From: Heterodontus francisci
Lineage: Eukaryota
Reading direction: 5' to 3'
Length of the DNA stretch: 64,000 bases
NCBI RefSeq assembly: GCF_036365525.1
Contig: NC_090416.1
Coordinates: 14,188,323-14,252,322, forward strand
Positions within the stretch are counted from its first letter, which is position 1. Every line of letters starts with the position of its first letter. The position numbers were made by a program, and so were the translations under genes. The notes beneath the pieces are model-generated. The model was not told where the DNA came from. It was given only the letters and a program-made list of their open reading frames with translations, and did no database searches. Below, one piece after another: positions 39,701-50,589 of this stretch.

Positions 39701-42700
39701 ATCAGCCGCAGTTTCTCGCTCCCAAACGTGCTCCAGCGCAGTGAAATGTGAATGTGGATGCAGCTGCATTTCTGCAGTGCCTTTCTGTGACCTCGGGGCA
39801 TCCCAAAGCGCTTTGTCGGAATGAATAGGAAATGCGGCAGCCAATTTGCTCACAGAAAGCTCCAACAAACAGCAATGACCAGATCATCTGTTTTTAGTGA
39901 TGTTGGTTGGGGGACAAATATTGGCCCCAGGAGAGCTCCTCCACCCCCTCTCCCCCCCACCGATCCTCCAATAGTCGCCGTGGGATCCTCTACGTCCACC
40001 CGAGGACAGATGGGCCCTCGGTTTAATGTCTCATCTGAAAGATGGTGCCTCCAACAGCACTCTCTCAGTGCTGCACTGAAAGTGTCCAGCATGAAGCCTC
40101 TGAGGTGGGACTCGAAAGCATGACGTCAGAAGCAAGAGTGCTACCTACCAAGCCATGGCTGACACTTTGAATGGGATGGGGGGGGGGGGGGGGGGGTGCG
40201 ATCAGGCCCAGTAGTTTTTGGAAAGCATGCGGCAGCACTCTGGCTGGAGGTTGAATACACGCAGTTGAATAGCAGCGGGCGTGTACGCGATGACAATCTG
40301 TCTGAAAGGGTTGACAAGTTGTTGACAAGTCTTTCCTCATCTGTCAGGTTGATGGTGGTGGGGAGGGGGGGGGGGATCATTTGTTTCTCCCTGCGCAAGG
40401 GCATTCATCTGCTTAATGTAGGTCAGTGTGCTGTGACCAGCTGTTCTCTGTCTCTACAAAGCACTGAAGAGGCAGAAATGAAACTGAGCTTTTCTGTGAT
40501 TAGATAGTAGATGCAAAGTGATTATTGTTTTAGGATTGACTTTGTCCGGGGACGACAGTTCTGATGTGGCAAGAGTGGAGACTGATCCGTGCCCTAGACT
40601 TTTTTCTTTTATTCATTCACAGTGTGTGGCAAGACCAGCAGATGTTGCCTATCCCTAATTGCCCTTGAGAAGGTGGTGGTGAGCTGCCTTCTTGAACTCC
40701 AGCGCAGTACTGAACGTGTGCTGCACTGCCTGAGGTGCTGTCTTTTGAATGAGACATTAATCCGAGGACCTTGGGTGGATGTAAAAGATCCCATGGCACT
40801 ATTTCAAAGAAAAGCAGGGGGTCCTGGTCAACAAGTCTCCCTCAGGCAACATCACTAAAACTGATTATCTGGTCATTTATCACTTTTCTGTTTGTGGGAG
40901 CCTGCTTTGTGCAAATTGGCTGCCACGTCTCCTGCGTTGCAACAGTGACTACAATTCAATAAAGTGCTTCATTGGCAGCAAAGTGCTGTGAAAGAAGCGA
41001 ATAATAGGGAGAATTCTCCTGCTCCTCTTCAAAATATTAGCCATGGGATCATTTACATCCATTTGAAAGGTCAGACAGGGTTTAATATCTCCTCTGAAAG
41101 ACCGCTACCTCCGACAGTGTGGCAGTACCAACACTGGGAATGTCGGCCTGGAATGTTGGCTGAAGTCTCTGGAGTGGGACTTGAACCCGTGACCTTCTGA
41201 CCCAGAGATGAGAGTGCTACGCACTGAGCTACGGCCAATAGCTAATACTCCCCTGAGATCCACGCGCGAGCTTTGAAGTGGGATGCCTGGGTTGTTCCCC
41301 TGCCACCCGCTCTTCCCTTCTTGGTTCACAGGCCAGTTATAGTATCCGTGGCAATACCAGTGATCAGCAAGCACGTGGACGAGACTTGGGCCCTTTCTGA
41401 TTGTATTGCTCAGAGAAGGAGAACGCAATTTTAGTGTGTTCCTTATCGTGCTTTTCTCTTTCAGCTGTGTGAGAGGGGAGCCCCGGGAATACATGTTGTG
41501 CTGGGAAACGAGGCTTGTGATCTGGACTCCATGGTTTCTGCCATCTCATTTGCTTACTTCCGAAGCAAGGTCAGTGAGCAACATAGACACACATGCACAT
41601 TTTCATCCTTGTTTTTCAAATCCCTCCGTACCCCATGCAACCCCCACTCTCTTTTTCTCTCTTTCTGCCCCCCCCTCCCCCCCCACAACAACTCCTCCCT
41701 ATCTCTGTAACCTCCTCCAGCCTCTACAACCCTCCGAGATCTCTGCGCTCGTCCGACTCTGGACTCTTGACGATCACTGATTTTCCAACGCCCCGCCATT
41801 GGCGGCCGTGCCTTGAACTGCCTGAGCCCTAAGCTCTGGAATTCCTTCCTTAAGCCTCTCTGTCTGTCTCTCTCTCCTCCTCCTCCTTTTAAGATGCTCC
41901 TTAAAACCTACCTCCTTGACCAAGCCTTTTTGTTACCTGTCCTATTATCTCCTTATGTGGCTTGCTGTCAAATTTTGACTGATTTAACGCTCATTATGAA
42001 GTGCCTTGGGACATTTTACCACGTTCAAGGTGCTATACAAATGCATGTTGAATAAGCCACCACCTGCTTAGAGGATGTTGTTACAGTTGCAGTATCCCTC
42101 AATCAACATTGCTTTAAAATAATAAACTGATGATCGAAGTCATTATCACATTGCTGTGTGTAGGATCTTGCTGTATGCAGATTAGCTGCCACACTTCCTA
42201 CATTACAACAGCGACTCTGCTTCCAAGGCTGTAAATGTGCTTTGGGACAACTTGAGGTTGTGAAAAGCGCTGGATAAATGTTCTCCAATTTGAATTAGTC
42301 TTGTTGGCGTCCAGCGCAGTGGGTCTTGGGCCATCACATAGGTTTCTCAATAATTAAAAGAAAAAAGAATAACTTGTTTCGGCTTGAATTCCTTCTTTTA
42401 TAGACATCACTGGACAAGAAGGCTGTGTTTGTGCCCATCTTGAATATTCCACGCTCGGAGTTTCCTTTGCGCACTGAGTGCACTTTCCTCCTCCGGGAGA
42501 ACCACCTTTCCGAGGACCTCCTCATATTCCGAAACGAGATCGATCTTCACGGGCTGCACAGGGTTGGCCGACTGACCCTGACATTGGTCGATCACAACGT
42601 CTTACCCAGGTACTCGAAATCGCGGTTCTGTTCCGAGGAGGGGGCGGGGGAATCTGAACGAGGAGGAGTTGTGACTGAGTAAATTAGGAGGAACTGTTTC

Positions 42701-45700
42701 CATTGGCCGGAGAACACTGATGTAAGATAATTGGCACAAGAACCAGAAGGGGAAATGAGGGGGGAAAAAGGTTTACGCAGCAAGTTATTATCCAATTCAG
42801 ACCCCTTGTGCATCCACCGTTGGTGGCTGTGCATTCAGGTGCCTGGGCCCTAAGCTCTGGAATTCCCTCCCTAAACCCCTCCACCTCGCTTCCTCCTCCT
42901 TTAAGATGCTGCTTAAGACCGACCTCTTTGACCAAACTTTTGGTCACCCGTCCTAATATCTCCTTATGTGGCTTGATTTCAAATTTTGTTTGATAATGCT
43001 CCTGTGAAACACTCTGGGATGTTTTGCATTGTTTAAGGTGCTATATAAGTGCAAGTTGTTCTGGAATGCACTGCCTGAAAGGGCGGTAGAAGCAGATTCA
43101 ATGGTAGCTTCCAAAAGGGAACTTGAAAAGAGAATATTTGCAGGGCTATGGGGATCGAGAGTGGGACTAATCGGATAGCTGTTTCCAAGAGCCGGCTCAG
43201 GCACAGTGGGCCAAATGGTCTCCTCCAGTGCTGTGTGATTTCCTTATGAAGGACGGAAAATTCCTCTGTCGGAAGACGACAGACTGATGATGTCCCTCGG
43301 TGATTAACGGCCTCCGAGCAAAACCACTCTAATCTGAAGGTCTGTGTGATTTTGTTAGCTGCTTGTTGGGGTGTGATGTTGTCCCACTTTTAAAAAAAAA
43401 AAAAAATTCTTCTGAGAGGTCGTCAATGCATTTAGGACTGCTAGAAAGTTTCACTACTAACAGAAGTGATAAATATGGGATGGGGTTCTGTTTGAGCGTA
43501 GTAGAGACAATACTGGGGTGGGTGTTTTATGGGACAGATGCAGGAAGATGGGCTGAATGGCTTTCTGGTGTCAGCCTTGTTTCAGTGGGTAGTGCACACT
43601 CTGGCCCCTGAGTCAGAAGGTCGTGGGTTTAAGTCCCACCCCAGAGACTTGAGCACATAATCCAGGCTGATGCTCCCAATGCCATTACTGAGGGAGAGCC
43701 GTATTGTCGGAGGTGCTGTCTTCCGGATGAGATGTTAACCTGAGGCCCTGTCTGCCCCCTCTGGTGGAAGAGGGGGGAGTTCTCCCTGGTGCCTTAGTCG
43801 TCAACACCTAAAACGGTGATTTATTGCATTGCTGTATATGGCAGCTTGCTGTGTGCACAAATTGGCTGCTGCATTTCTTGCCTTACAATGGTGACTCCAC
43901 TTCAAAGCGTACTTGATTGCCTGTAAAGCACTTTGGGACAGCCTGAGGCAGTGAAAGGTGCTGTATAAATGCAAGTTCTTTCGTTCTGATCTATCTCCTA
44001 TCTTGTGACCTCACGATCAGGAACTAGTCCTGCAGGAACTAAGGGTTTGTTTGCGAGCTGTTAGTGTACTAATGCTTGGGGTTTGCTCTTTTCGATGCGC
44101 ATTTACAGTATTTCTCTTTCCTTTGCCCTAGAGGTGACGCAGCCCTGGAGGAAGTGGTGATGGAGGTGATCGATCACCGACCCGTGGAGCGTCCTTTCGC
44201 CCCTGGCTGTGTAGTAACTGCTGAGCCCGTGGGGTCCTGCACAACGCTGGTGACTGAACGGATTGTCCAAAGAGCACCTGATATTCTGGACAGGCAACTC
44301 GCTTACATACTGCGCAGTAAGAATTCCATTGGGATCTCTGATTTGTGGATGGGGGTTTGGGTTTAATTTCGAGGGATGGGAAAAAGAGAGAAATCAAAGA
44401 GAATTGGTGAAGAGGAATCTACATATGGGTTCAATATGTTTTCATTTCTTGTTGGGAGGCCATAAATATAAGATAGTCATTAATAAATCCAATGGGGAAT
44501 TCAGGAGAAACCTCTTTCCCCGGAGAGTGGTGAGAATGTGGAACTCGCTACCACAGGGAGTGGTTGAGGGGAATAGCAGAGATACATTTAAGGGAAAGCT
44601 GGATAAACTTGAGGGAGAAAGGAATAGGATAAAGGATATGCTGATGAAGAGGGGGTAGGAGAATGTCGAGGAGCATCAAGGGTAGGATGAGGCTAAAAAA
44701 GGAAGCTCGTGTGAGATACCGAGAGCTCAATACTGCAGAAAGCTGAGAAGATTGTAGAGAATTAAAAAGGAAATTAGGAAAGCAAAGAGAAGGCATGAAA
44801 AAATATTGGCAAGGAAAATGCAAAGTTGCTTTGTAAGTACATAAATAGCAAAAGGATACCTAAGAAAAGAAGAAGGCTTAATTAGAGACCAAAAATGTAA
44901 CCTGTGTTTGGAGGCAGAAGATGTGGGCATAGTTTGTAATGAGGCGCACTTTCTGTAGGGGTGACCAGGTAGTGATCGGGAGTGGAAGCTCTGGCTGATT
45001 TGCTTCTGTCCCCTTCCCCCGCAGCCCAGGGTACAGAGACTATAGAATGGAATCATGCAGCACAGAAGGAGGCCATCTGGCTCATTGTGCCTGTCCATGG
45101 CAGGGTGGAATTATATTTTTTTTCTTTTGGGGACTGGGATCTTTTCTCTCGTACTAGGGGAGACCTAATAGAGGTCGTTAATATTCTCATATTCGTGTCA
45201 TCACAAAGACCGTCTATTTCCACCTCCATAACGTCATGCAACTTCGCCCCCATCTCAGCTCATCAGCTGCTGAAACCCTCGTTCGTGCCTTCATTACCTT
45301 TAGACTTGACTACTCCAATGCACTCCTGGCTGGTCTCCCACATTCTACCCTCTGTAAACTTAAGCTGGATAAACACATGAGGGAGAAAGGAAGAGAAAGA
45401 TATGCTGACGGGGTGAGATGAAGAGGGGGGTGGCGAAGAGGCTTGGTGTGGAGTGGCATGGATGTGTTGGGCCGAATGGCCTGTTTCTGTGCTGCAAATA
45501 CTTTTGCAGCAATTGTTTGGCATTGAAAAGGGAAGCAGACTCCTACATTGTTTGTCTGCTCCAGGTACCATTGTGCTGGACTGCATCAACATGGCTCCAG
45601 AGGCTGGGAAAGTCACGCCAAAAGACGTTGAGTATGTTGCCGCTTTGGAATCCAGATTTAGTGATCTCCCGCCCAGAGCTGCTGCGTTTGACTCGCTGCA

Positions 45701-48700
45701 GAAAGCCAAGTTTGACGTCAGCGGTAAATATCTCTTGTTGCTGCCCCGATTACTTGGGACTGATTGCAGTGGGGGGGGGGAGAAACAGAAAAATGTTGGG
45801 GAATGCAGGAGGTCCCATCCGAAGCATCGGTTTATTTTCCTCTTTCGGCCCTGGCTCAGTGGGTAGCTCTCTCCTGCCTCTGCATCAGAAGCTTGTGGGT
45901 TCGAGTCCCACTCCAGAGACTTGAGCACAGAATTCAGGCCGACACGCCCAGTGTAGTACTGAGAGCACGCTGTTATGATGTAGAAAAGGCAGCCAACCTG
46001 TGCACAGCAGGGTCCCACAAACCGAATAATGACCAGATCATGTCTTTCCATGAGTTCTGATGAAGGGTCACTGACCTGAAACGTTAACTTTGCTGCTTTT
46101 TCCACAGATGCTGCCAGACCTGCTGAGTATTTCCAGCATTTCATGTTTTTATTTCAGATTTCCAGCATCTGCAGTAATTTGCTTTTGTTTTTCCATGATG
46201 TTGTTGAGGGATAAATATTGGCCCCAGGACAGAATTTCACCCGCTTCTCCTCTTCGAAATTGTGGCCGTGGGATCTTTAACATCCACCTTTGAGGGAAGA
46301 CGGTGCCTTGGTTTAAATTCTGTACCAAAAGACGGCACTTCCGACAGTGCAGCACTCCCTTAGTACTGCCACTAGGAGGGTTGGCCTGGATTTTGTGCTC
46401 AAGCCTCTGTAGTGGGACTCGTTCCCACAAGCTTCCGACTGGTGAGAGTTCTAACCACTCAACCACGGGTGACACATATTTGAGCATAAATAGAAATTGT
46501 TGAGGGGGAGATGCAGTGAGGGAAATTCTCACCCATTGATAAAAATCGCTTTGTTCTGTCTAGAGTTGACCACCGAGCAGATGCTGAGGAAGGACCTGAA
46601 GGTTCTGTCTGGCGGGGATCTTCATTTGGCCATCAGTGCCGTCTACGTGAAGCTTGAGGTAGGAAAGTTTAGCGGATCGGTCTCACTGCTCTCTTCAAAC
46701 GCAGTGGAGTTTGAAGTAAGTTCTCTCGTTCTGAACTCCATCTCAAGCTGGCAATGTGTGCAAACCTCAGGATGGGTGTATTGGCCTTGGAGGGGGTGCA
46801 GTGCAGATTCACCAGAATGCTAAAAGGGTTAAATTATGAGAGCAACTTGCATTCTCTACATTACAACAGTGACCACACTTATCGCTACAGCGCTTGGGAC
46901 AACCTGAGCTTGTGAAAGGTGCTGCATAAATGCAAGTCTTTCTTTTAGAGACCAGGCTTGTATTCCCTCGAGTATAGAAGATTAAGGGGTGATCTAATCG
47001 AGGTGTTTCACATGATTAAAGGAGTTGCTAGGGTAGATAGAAACTATTTCCTCTGGTGGGGGGGGGGGGGGTGAGTGGGCAGAACCTTAAAATTGGAGCC
47101 AGGCTGGACAGGGGTGATGTCAGGAAGCACTTCTTCACACAAAGGGGAGTGGAAATCTGGAATTCTCTCTCCCAGAAAGGTGTTGAGGCTGGAGTGGGGC
47201 AATTGGAAAATTGCAAAACTCAGATATTTGTTGGGTAAGGGGATTAAGGGTTAAGGAACCAAGGAGGGGAGGTGGAATTAAGATATAGATCAGCCATGAT
47301 CTAATTGAATGGCGGAACTGACTCGAGGGGCTGAATGGCCTCCTCTGTTCATCGCCTTCTCAAGATGCAACTGAGGATGGGCAATAAATGCTGGTCTCTC
47401 TAGCAATGCTCACATCCTGAGAATGGATTGTTAAAAATGTAAGTGAATTTTGGGGGAGGAGGGGTTCAGGCTGTTTGTGGTGCACTACATAGTCGAATAG
47501 GCATGCCACTCTGTAGTGGGAGCGCACAGGCTTCACTGTGTCCCACCACCATTGGTGTCACGATACGTAGTTTGACTTGATCAGCTTTGACAAATCGAGT
47601 TGACTTCCCTTCTGAACTTTCACCCTTTCTCATAGGATTTACTGGCACGCCCTTGCTTGAAGACGGGGTTTGAAGAATTCTGTCGGGAGGGTGGCTACAA
47701 CGTTCTCGTTGTCATGACGATCTCCTTCAGCGAGAAGAACGAGCCTTTCAGGCAGTTGGCAGTCTACAGTCCTCGCAGCGACTTGAGAGAGTTGGTACGT
47801 TTTGAGAGAATGCGTGGGGGCTGGAAGGCCAAGTGGCCTATCTCAGCCTGCGGAAGGATTTGGAGAGCCACTCCCCACCTGATCCAGGGTCAGCTTTGCA
47901 GCTCAGAATTGGGTGTGGTGGGGAGGAGGAACCTTCTGGGGTTCCTGCTCCTCATTACCACCCAGTGGCGTCTGTTGGGCAGTGTGTGTGTGGGTGGCTG
48001 GATCAAGCTGGGTTTGTGCTGCTCCCCCTAGTTAAATAGCTTGCATCAACAGGCTCAGGAGAGAATAGTGGCCATTTGGGAGATAAGGGAGTGATAGCTG
48101 GTCCTGACTGGACTTGATACCTTTAATTGGGAGGGAGTATGGCTGTGACTCAATGGGGACGAGAGGGTTTGATTATTATACTGGAATATGGAAGTTCACA
48201 TACACATCTATAAAGGTGGTAGTAAAAGCAAGAAATTCTGGAAATACTCAGCAACCCTGGCAGCATCTGTGGAGAGAGAAGCAGAGTTAACGTTTTAGGT
48301 CAGTGACCTTTCTTCAGAACTGACCTGAAACGTTAACTCTGCTTCTCTCTCCACAGATGTTGCCAGGCCTGCTGAGTATTTCCAACATTTCTTGTTTTTA
48401 TTTCAGATTTCCAGCACCCGCAGTATTTTGCTTTTATTATAAAGGTGGTAGGATTGTCAATAAGGCTGTTTTTAAAAATTTTTTTTAAAAAGCTGCGGGA
48501 TCCTAGGTTTTATAAATGGAGGCATAGGGTACAAACGCAAGGAAATTATGTTAAGCCTTTATAAATCACTGGTTAGATCTTAGCTGGAGTATTGTCTCCA
48601 ATTCTGGGCCCTGCACTTTCGGAAGGATGTCAAGGCCTTGTAGAGGGTGTGGAGGGAGATTTACCAGAATGGGACCAGGGATGAGGGACTTCAGTTAATG

Positions 48701-50257
48701 TGGAGAGACTGGAGAAGTTGAGATTGAATTGTTCTCCTCAGAGCAGAGAAGGTTAAGGGGAGATTTAATAGAGATGTTCAAAATTTTGCAAGGTTCTGAT
48801 CGAGTAAATAAAGAGAAACCGTTTCCACTGCAGGAGGGTCGGTAACCAGAGGAGAGTGATTTAAAGTAATTGGCAAAAGAACTAGAGCGGAGACAAGTTT
48901 TCTTTTACACAGCGAGTTGTGATCTGCAATGCGCTGCCTGAAATTCAATAGCGGATTCAATAGTCCCTTTCAAAAGGGAATTGGATATAGAGAAGATTAA
49001 TCTAAAACTAGGGGCCACCAATATAAGATAGTCACCAATAAATCCAGTAGGAATTCAGGAGAAATGTTTTTACTCGGGGAGTGGTGAGAACTTGCAACAT
49101 AAACGTACCATAGGGAGTGGTTGAGACAAATAGCGTAGATGCATTTCAGGGGAAGCCGGAGAAAGGAATAGAAGGGTATGTTGATTGGGTGAGATGACGA
49201 TGGGGTGGGAGGAGGCTCGAGTGGAGTATGAACACCAGCGGGTTATTTGACCTTGGGAGGCGTCACCAGAACTGAGGCTGATCCTCATCTGAGGTCCATA
49301 ACTTTCAAAAGGGTATTGGCTATGTACGTAAAAAGGAAAAACTTTTCAAGGTGATGGGAGAAAGAGCTGGGAGGGGGGATTGGGGCAAATTGGCAGATTT
49401 TGTAGGAGGGAAATTAAAGCCACAGAGAGCATAGATTCACCAGATTGAAGGGCAGCTATTGTTTATGGAGAGATGGGGACTAATTCCACTGGAGGTTGAG
49501 AAGGCTGAGAGGAGATTTAATAAAGATTTTTTTTCAAACCAGGAAGGGTTTTTGATGGGGCGAAGACGGATTGACTAAAATCCTGTGGTTGGGGAGTCAA
49601 TGACAAGGGAGCGTCATCAATTTGAAACGGTCTCTGAGTGTGAGGAGAAGGAGTAGAGAAATGACTTTACACAGAGGGTAGTCAGAGTATGGAATGCTTT
49701 GTCACAGTGAGTGGTTGAGGCAGAGACCACTGCACCTTTCAAGGGAAATGTGGTTATGTATTAGAACAGAGGGATTTTCAAGGCTATTGGAGGAACTGCT
49801 GCCCTCTGTGTTGTCAGTCTCTCTGATTCTGTGATTACAGGTGAGCTGCGTGTTGGAGGAATACGAGGCCCCGTCTCTTCAGTTGGCGCCGATGGAGAGC
49901 CCCTGCTCGGAGATTAGTGCCTATCACCAGGGAAACAGGCTGGCGTCTCGCAAGAAGATCCTGCCGATCATCAAGGACTTCCTGAAGACCCGGGAGGCAG
50001 AGAGGGCAGCCCCCGAGCACACCTGCCGAGCGTGGGATGAGCACAGCGCCTCGCTGGACGGCCGGTGTGCTGGGTGCACGGAGGATGTCCGCCATGAAGA
50101 GGAGGCCTATCTGCCTCCCACCCCCATGAACAGCCTGGTGGAGGGCTGCCCACTGGATGGCGGCCTGCCGAATCTGACGCCGGAGGCCATTTTGGAGAGG
50201 TTCAGTAAAATGGCTGCCGAGGGCCTATCGGATCGGGCCTCATCCGGATGTCACTAA
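30704..50257 (+). CDS. PRUNE1: Exopolyphosphatase PRUNE1 (DHH family), whole gene; join(30704-30742,41465-41569,42404-42609,44132-44316,45565-45723,46564-46658,47636-47794,49841-50257), 454 aa
   Basis: Spliced CDS 1365 nt, all introns GT-AG and in phase. [48 protein letters not shown]2 (SRKKILP) and the PRUNE1-type C-terminus [19 protein letters not shown]. Confidence 0.96.
30930..31560 (+). mobile_element. L2-like LINE 3' end interrupted by a Penelope-type mini element (31057-31171)
   Basis: L2 tail on both sides; insert flanked by a TTTAAAAT duplication. Confidence 0.75.
31945..32330 (-). mobile_element. CR1 LINE 3' end
   Basis: [21 protein letters not shown] peptide on the minus strand. 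Confidence 0.8.
32655..34090 (-). mobile_element. CR1/L2-group LINE, RT fragment, degraded
   Basis: [63 protein letters not shown]. Confidence 0.9.
34280..34610 (-). mobile_element. L2-like LINE 3' end with (TTG)n tail
   Basis: Reverse complement of the L2 tail; (CAA)n at ~34275. Confidence 0.8.
35915..36320 (+). mobile_element. DeuSINE copy
   Basis: Head, Deu-domain, tail. Confidence 0.8.
36685..37135 (-). mobile_element. DeuSINE copy
   Basis: Reverse complement of Deu-domain and tail. Confidence 0.85.
37370..37635 (-). mobile_element. CR1 LINE 3' end
   Basis: Similar to the 18330-18600 tail. Confidence 0.75.
37870..38140 (+). mobile_element. Second, older SINE-like repeat family (tcagccagggttcctgctcctgatc...gctgtgatgcc core)
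   Basis: Diverged copies recognisable at ~1590-1830, 22340-22560(-), 25590-25830, 29620-29870(-), 39600-39730, 47870-48130, 51930-52130, 59370-59620; family name not assigned. Confidence 0.5.
38390..38910 (+). mobile_element. L2-like LINE 3' end
   Basis: LDYSNA-type ORF2 remnant plus tail. Confidence 0.8.
39760..40160 (-). mobile_element. DeuSINE, near full length
   Basis: Reverse complement including tRNA-like head (gtcagccatggcttggtaggtagcactcttgc). Confidence 0.85.
40700..41240. mobile_element. Two adjacent inverted DeuSINE copies (+ ~40700-40990, - ~41005-41240)
   Basis: Deu-domain in both orientations. Confidence 0.75.
41465..41569 (+). CDS. PRUNE1: PRUNE1 coding exon 2 (DHH motif I)
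   Basis: [35 protein letters not shown]; CAG acceptor, GTCAGT donor. Confidence 0.95.
41580..42050 (+). mobile_element. L2-like LINE 3' end
   Basis: L2-type tail. Confidence 0.8.
42404..42609 (+). CDS. PRUNE1: PRUNE1 coding exon 3
   Basis: [25 protein letters not shown]...[12 protein letters not shown]; TAG acceptor, AG|GTACTC donor. Confidence 0.95.
43570..43985 (+). mobile_element. DeuSINE, near full length
   Basis: Head, Deu-domain, tail ending aaatgcaagttcttt. Confidence 0.85.
44132..44316 (+). CDS. PRUNE1: PRUNE1 coding exon 4
   Basis: [19 protein letters not shown]...[12 protein letters not shown]...ILR; TAG acceptor, GTAAGA donor. Confidence 0.96.
45565..45723 (+). CDS. PRUNE1: PRUNE1 coding exon 5
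   Basis: [20 protein letters not shown]...[12 protein letters not shown]; CAG acceptor, GTAAAT donor. Confidence 0.96.
45970..46475 (-). mobile_element. DeuSINE copy interrupted by a Penelope-type element at 46054-46189
   Basis: SINE sequence resumes across the insert; TTTCCATGA duplicated at 46045-46053 and 46190-46198. Confidence 0.8.
46052..46090 (+). ncRNA. Minimal type I hammerhead ribozyme motif (Penelope-type)
   Basis: GAGUU-CUGAUGA-A-GGGUC(ACU)GACCU-GAAAC-GUU-AACUU: both conserved core boxes, stems I and II, palindromic loopless stem III; activity untested. Confidence 0.7.
46564..46658 (+). CDS. PRUNE1: PRUNE1 coding exon 6
   Basis: [31 protein letters not shown]; TAG acceptor, GTAGGA donor. 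Confidence 0.95.
46945..47350 (+). mobile_element. CR1 LINE 3' end
   Basis: [16 protein letters not shown]; same family as 14095-14390. Confidence 0.8.
47636..47794 (+). CDS. PRUNE1: PRUNE1 coding exon 7
   Basis: [53 protein letters not shown]; TAG acceptor, GTACGT donor. Confidence 0.95.
48223..48437. mobile_element. Penelope-type foldback element, 215 bp, 14-bp TSD, inserted in a CR1
   Basis: TSD TATAAAGGTGGTAG at 48209-48222 and 48438-48451; ~80-bp inverted arms. Confidence 0.85.
48452..49790 (+). mobile_element. Several CR1 LINE 3' fragments in tandem
   Basis: ctggagtattgtctccaattctgg, ggggagatttaatagag and other CR1 ORF2/tail motifs. Confidence 0.75.
49841..50257 (+). CDS. PRUNE1: PRUNE1 coding exon 8 (last)
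   Basis: VSCVLEE...[21 protein letters not shown]...[19 protein letters not shown]...*; CAG acceptor. Confidence 0.95.
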   Translation: MSCVLEEYEAPSLQLAPMESPCSEISAYHQGNRLASRKKILPIIKDFLKTREAERAAPEHTCRAWDEHSASLDGRCAGCTEDVRHEEEAYLPPTPMNSLVEGCPLDGGLPNLTPEAILERFSKMAAEGLSDRASSGCH

Positions 50258-50589
50258 CCTGGGACTGGATTGGACGAGCTGATAGCTTTTCTTTGTTATT
50301 GTTGACGGAGGTGGGGCAGTGGGGAAGAGGCCATTTCAACTAGTTAGTGTCCCCAACCCTTGTGCCAGGATCCAGTGGCCCAGGCAGTGATTCATTCACT
50401 TCAGCTCTGTTGAGGCCTCTTTTTTTTTTTTTAATCTGTCACCTGGGTCAGGAAGCTCTAAGGTTCTGTCCTAGGTATCCCCGCCCCATCCCCTCTTGCT
50501 ATTGAGCATCAGCCATCCGTCCATGCTTCCTGACACCAGGAGCTGGGATCAATTTCTGCTCTTCCATGCAATCCAACAAAACACGGAGC

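Noticed and set aside
43279-43345. Possible intronic box C/D snoRNA (ACAGAC-TGATGA...CTGA-AG-GTCTGT; 9 nt before box D complementary to a recalled 18S segment AUUAGAGUG)
   Set aside because: Only ~50 nt between boxes, imperfect kink-turn geometry, short guide compatible with chance; would need snoscan/Infernal and conservation.
45263-46144. 293-aa minus-strand ORF
   Set aside because: Patchwork of Penelope-type element, SINE, antisense of PRUNE1 exon 5, CR1 and L2 sequence; no coherent protein.
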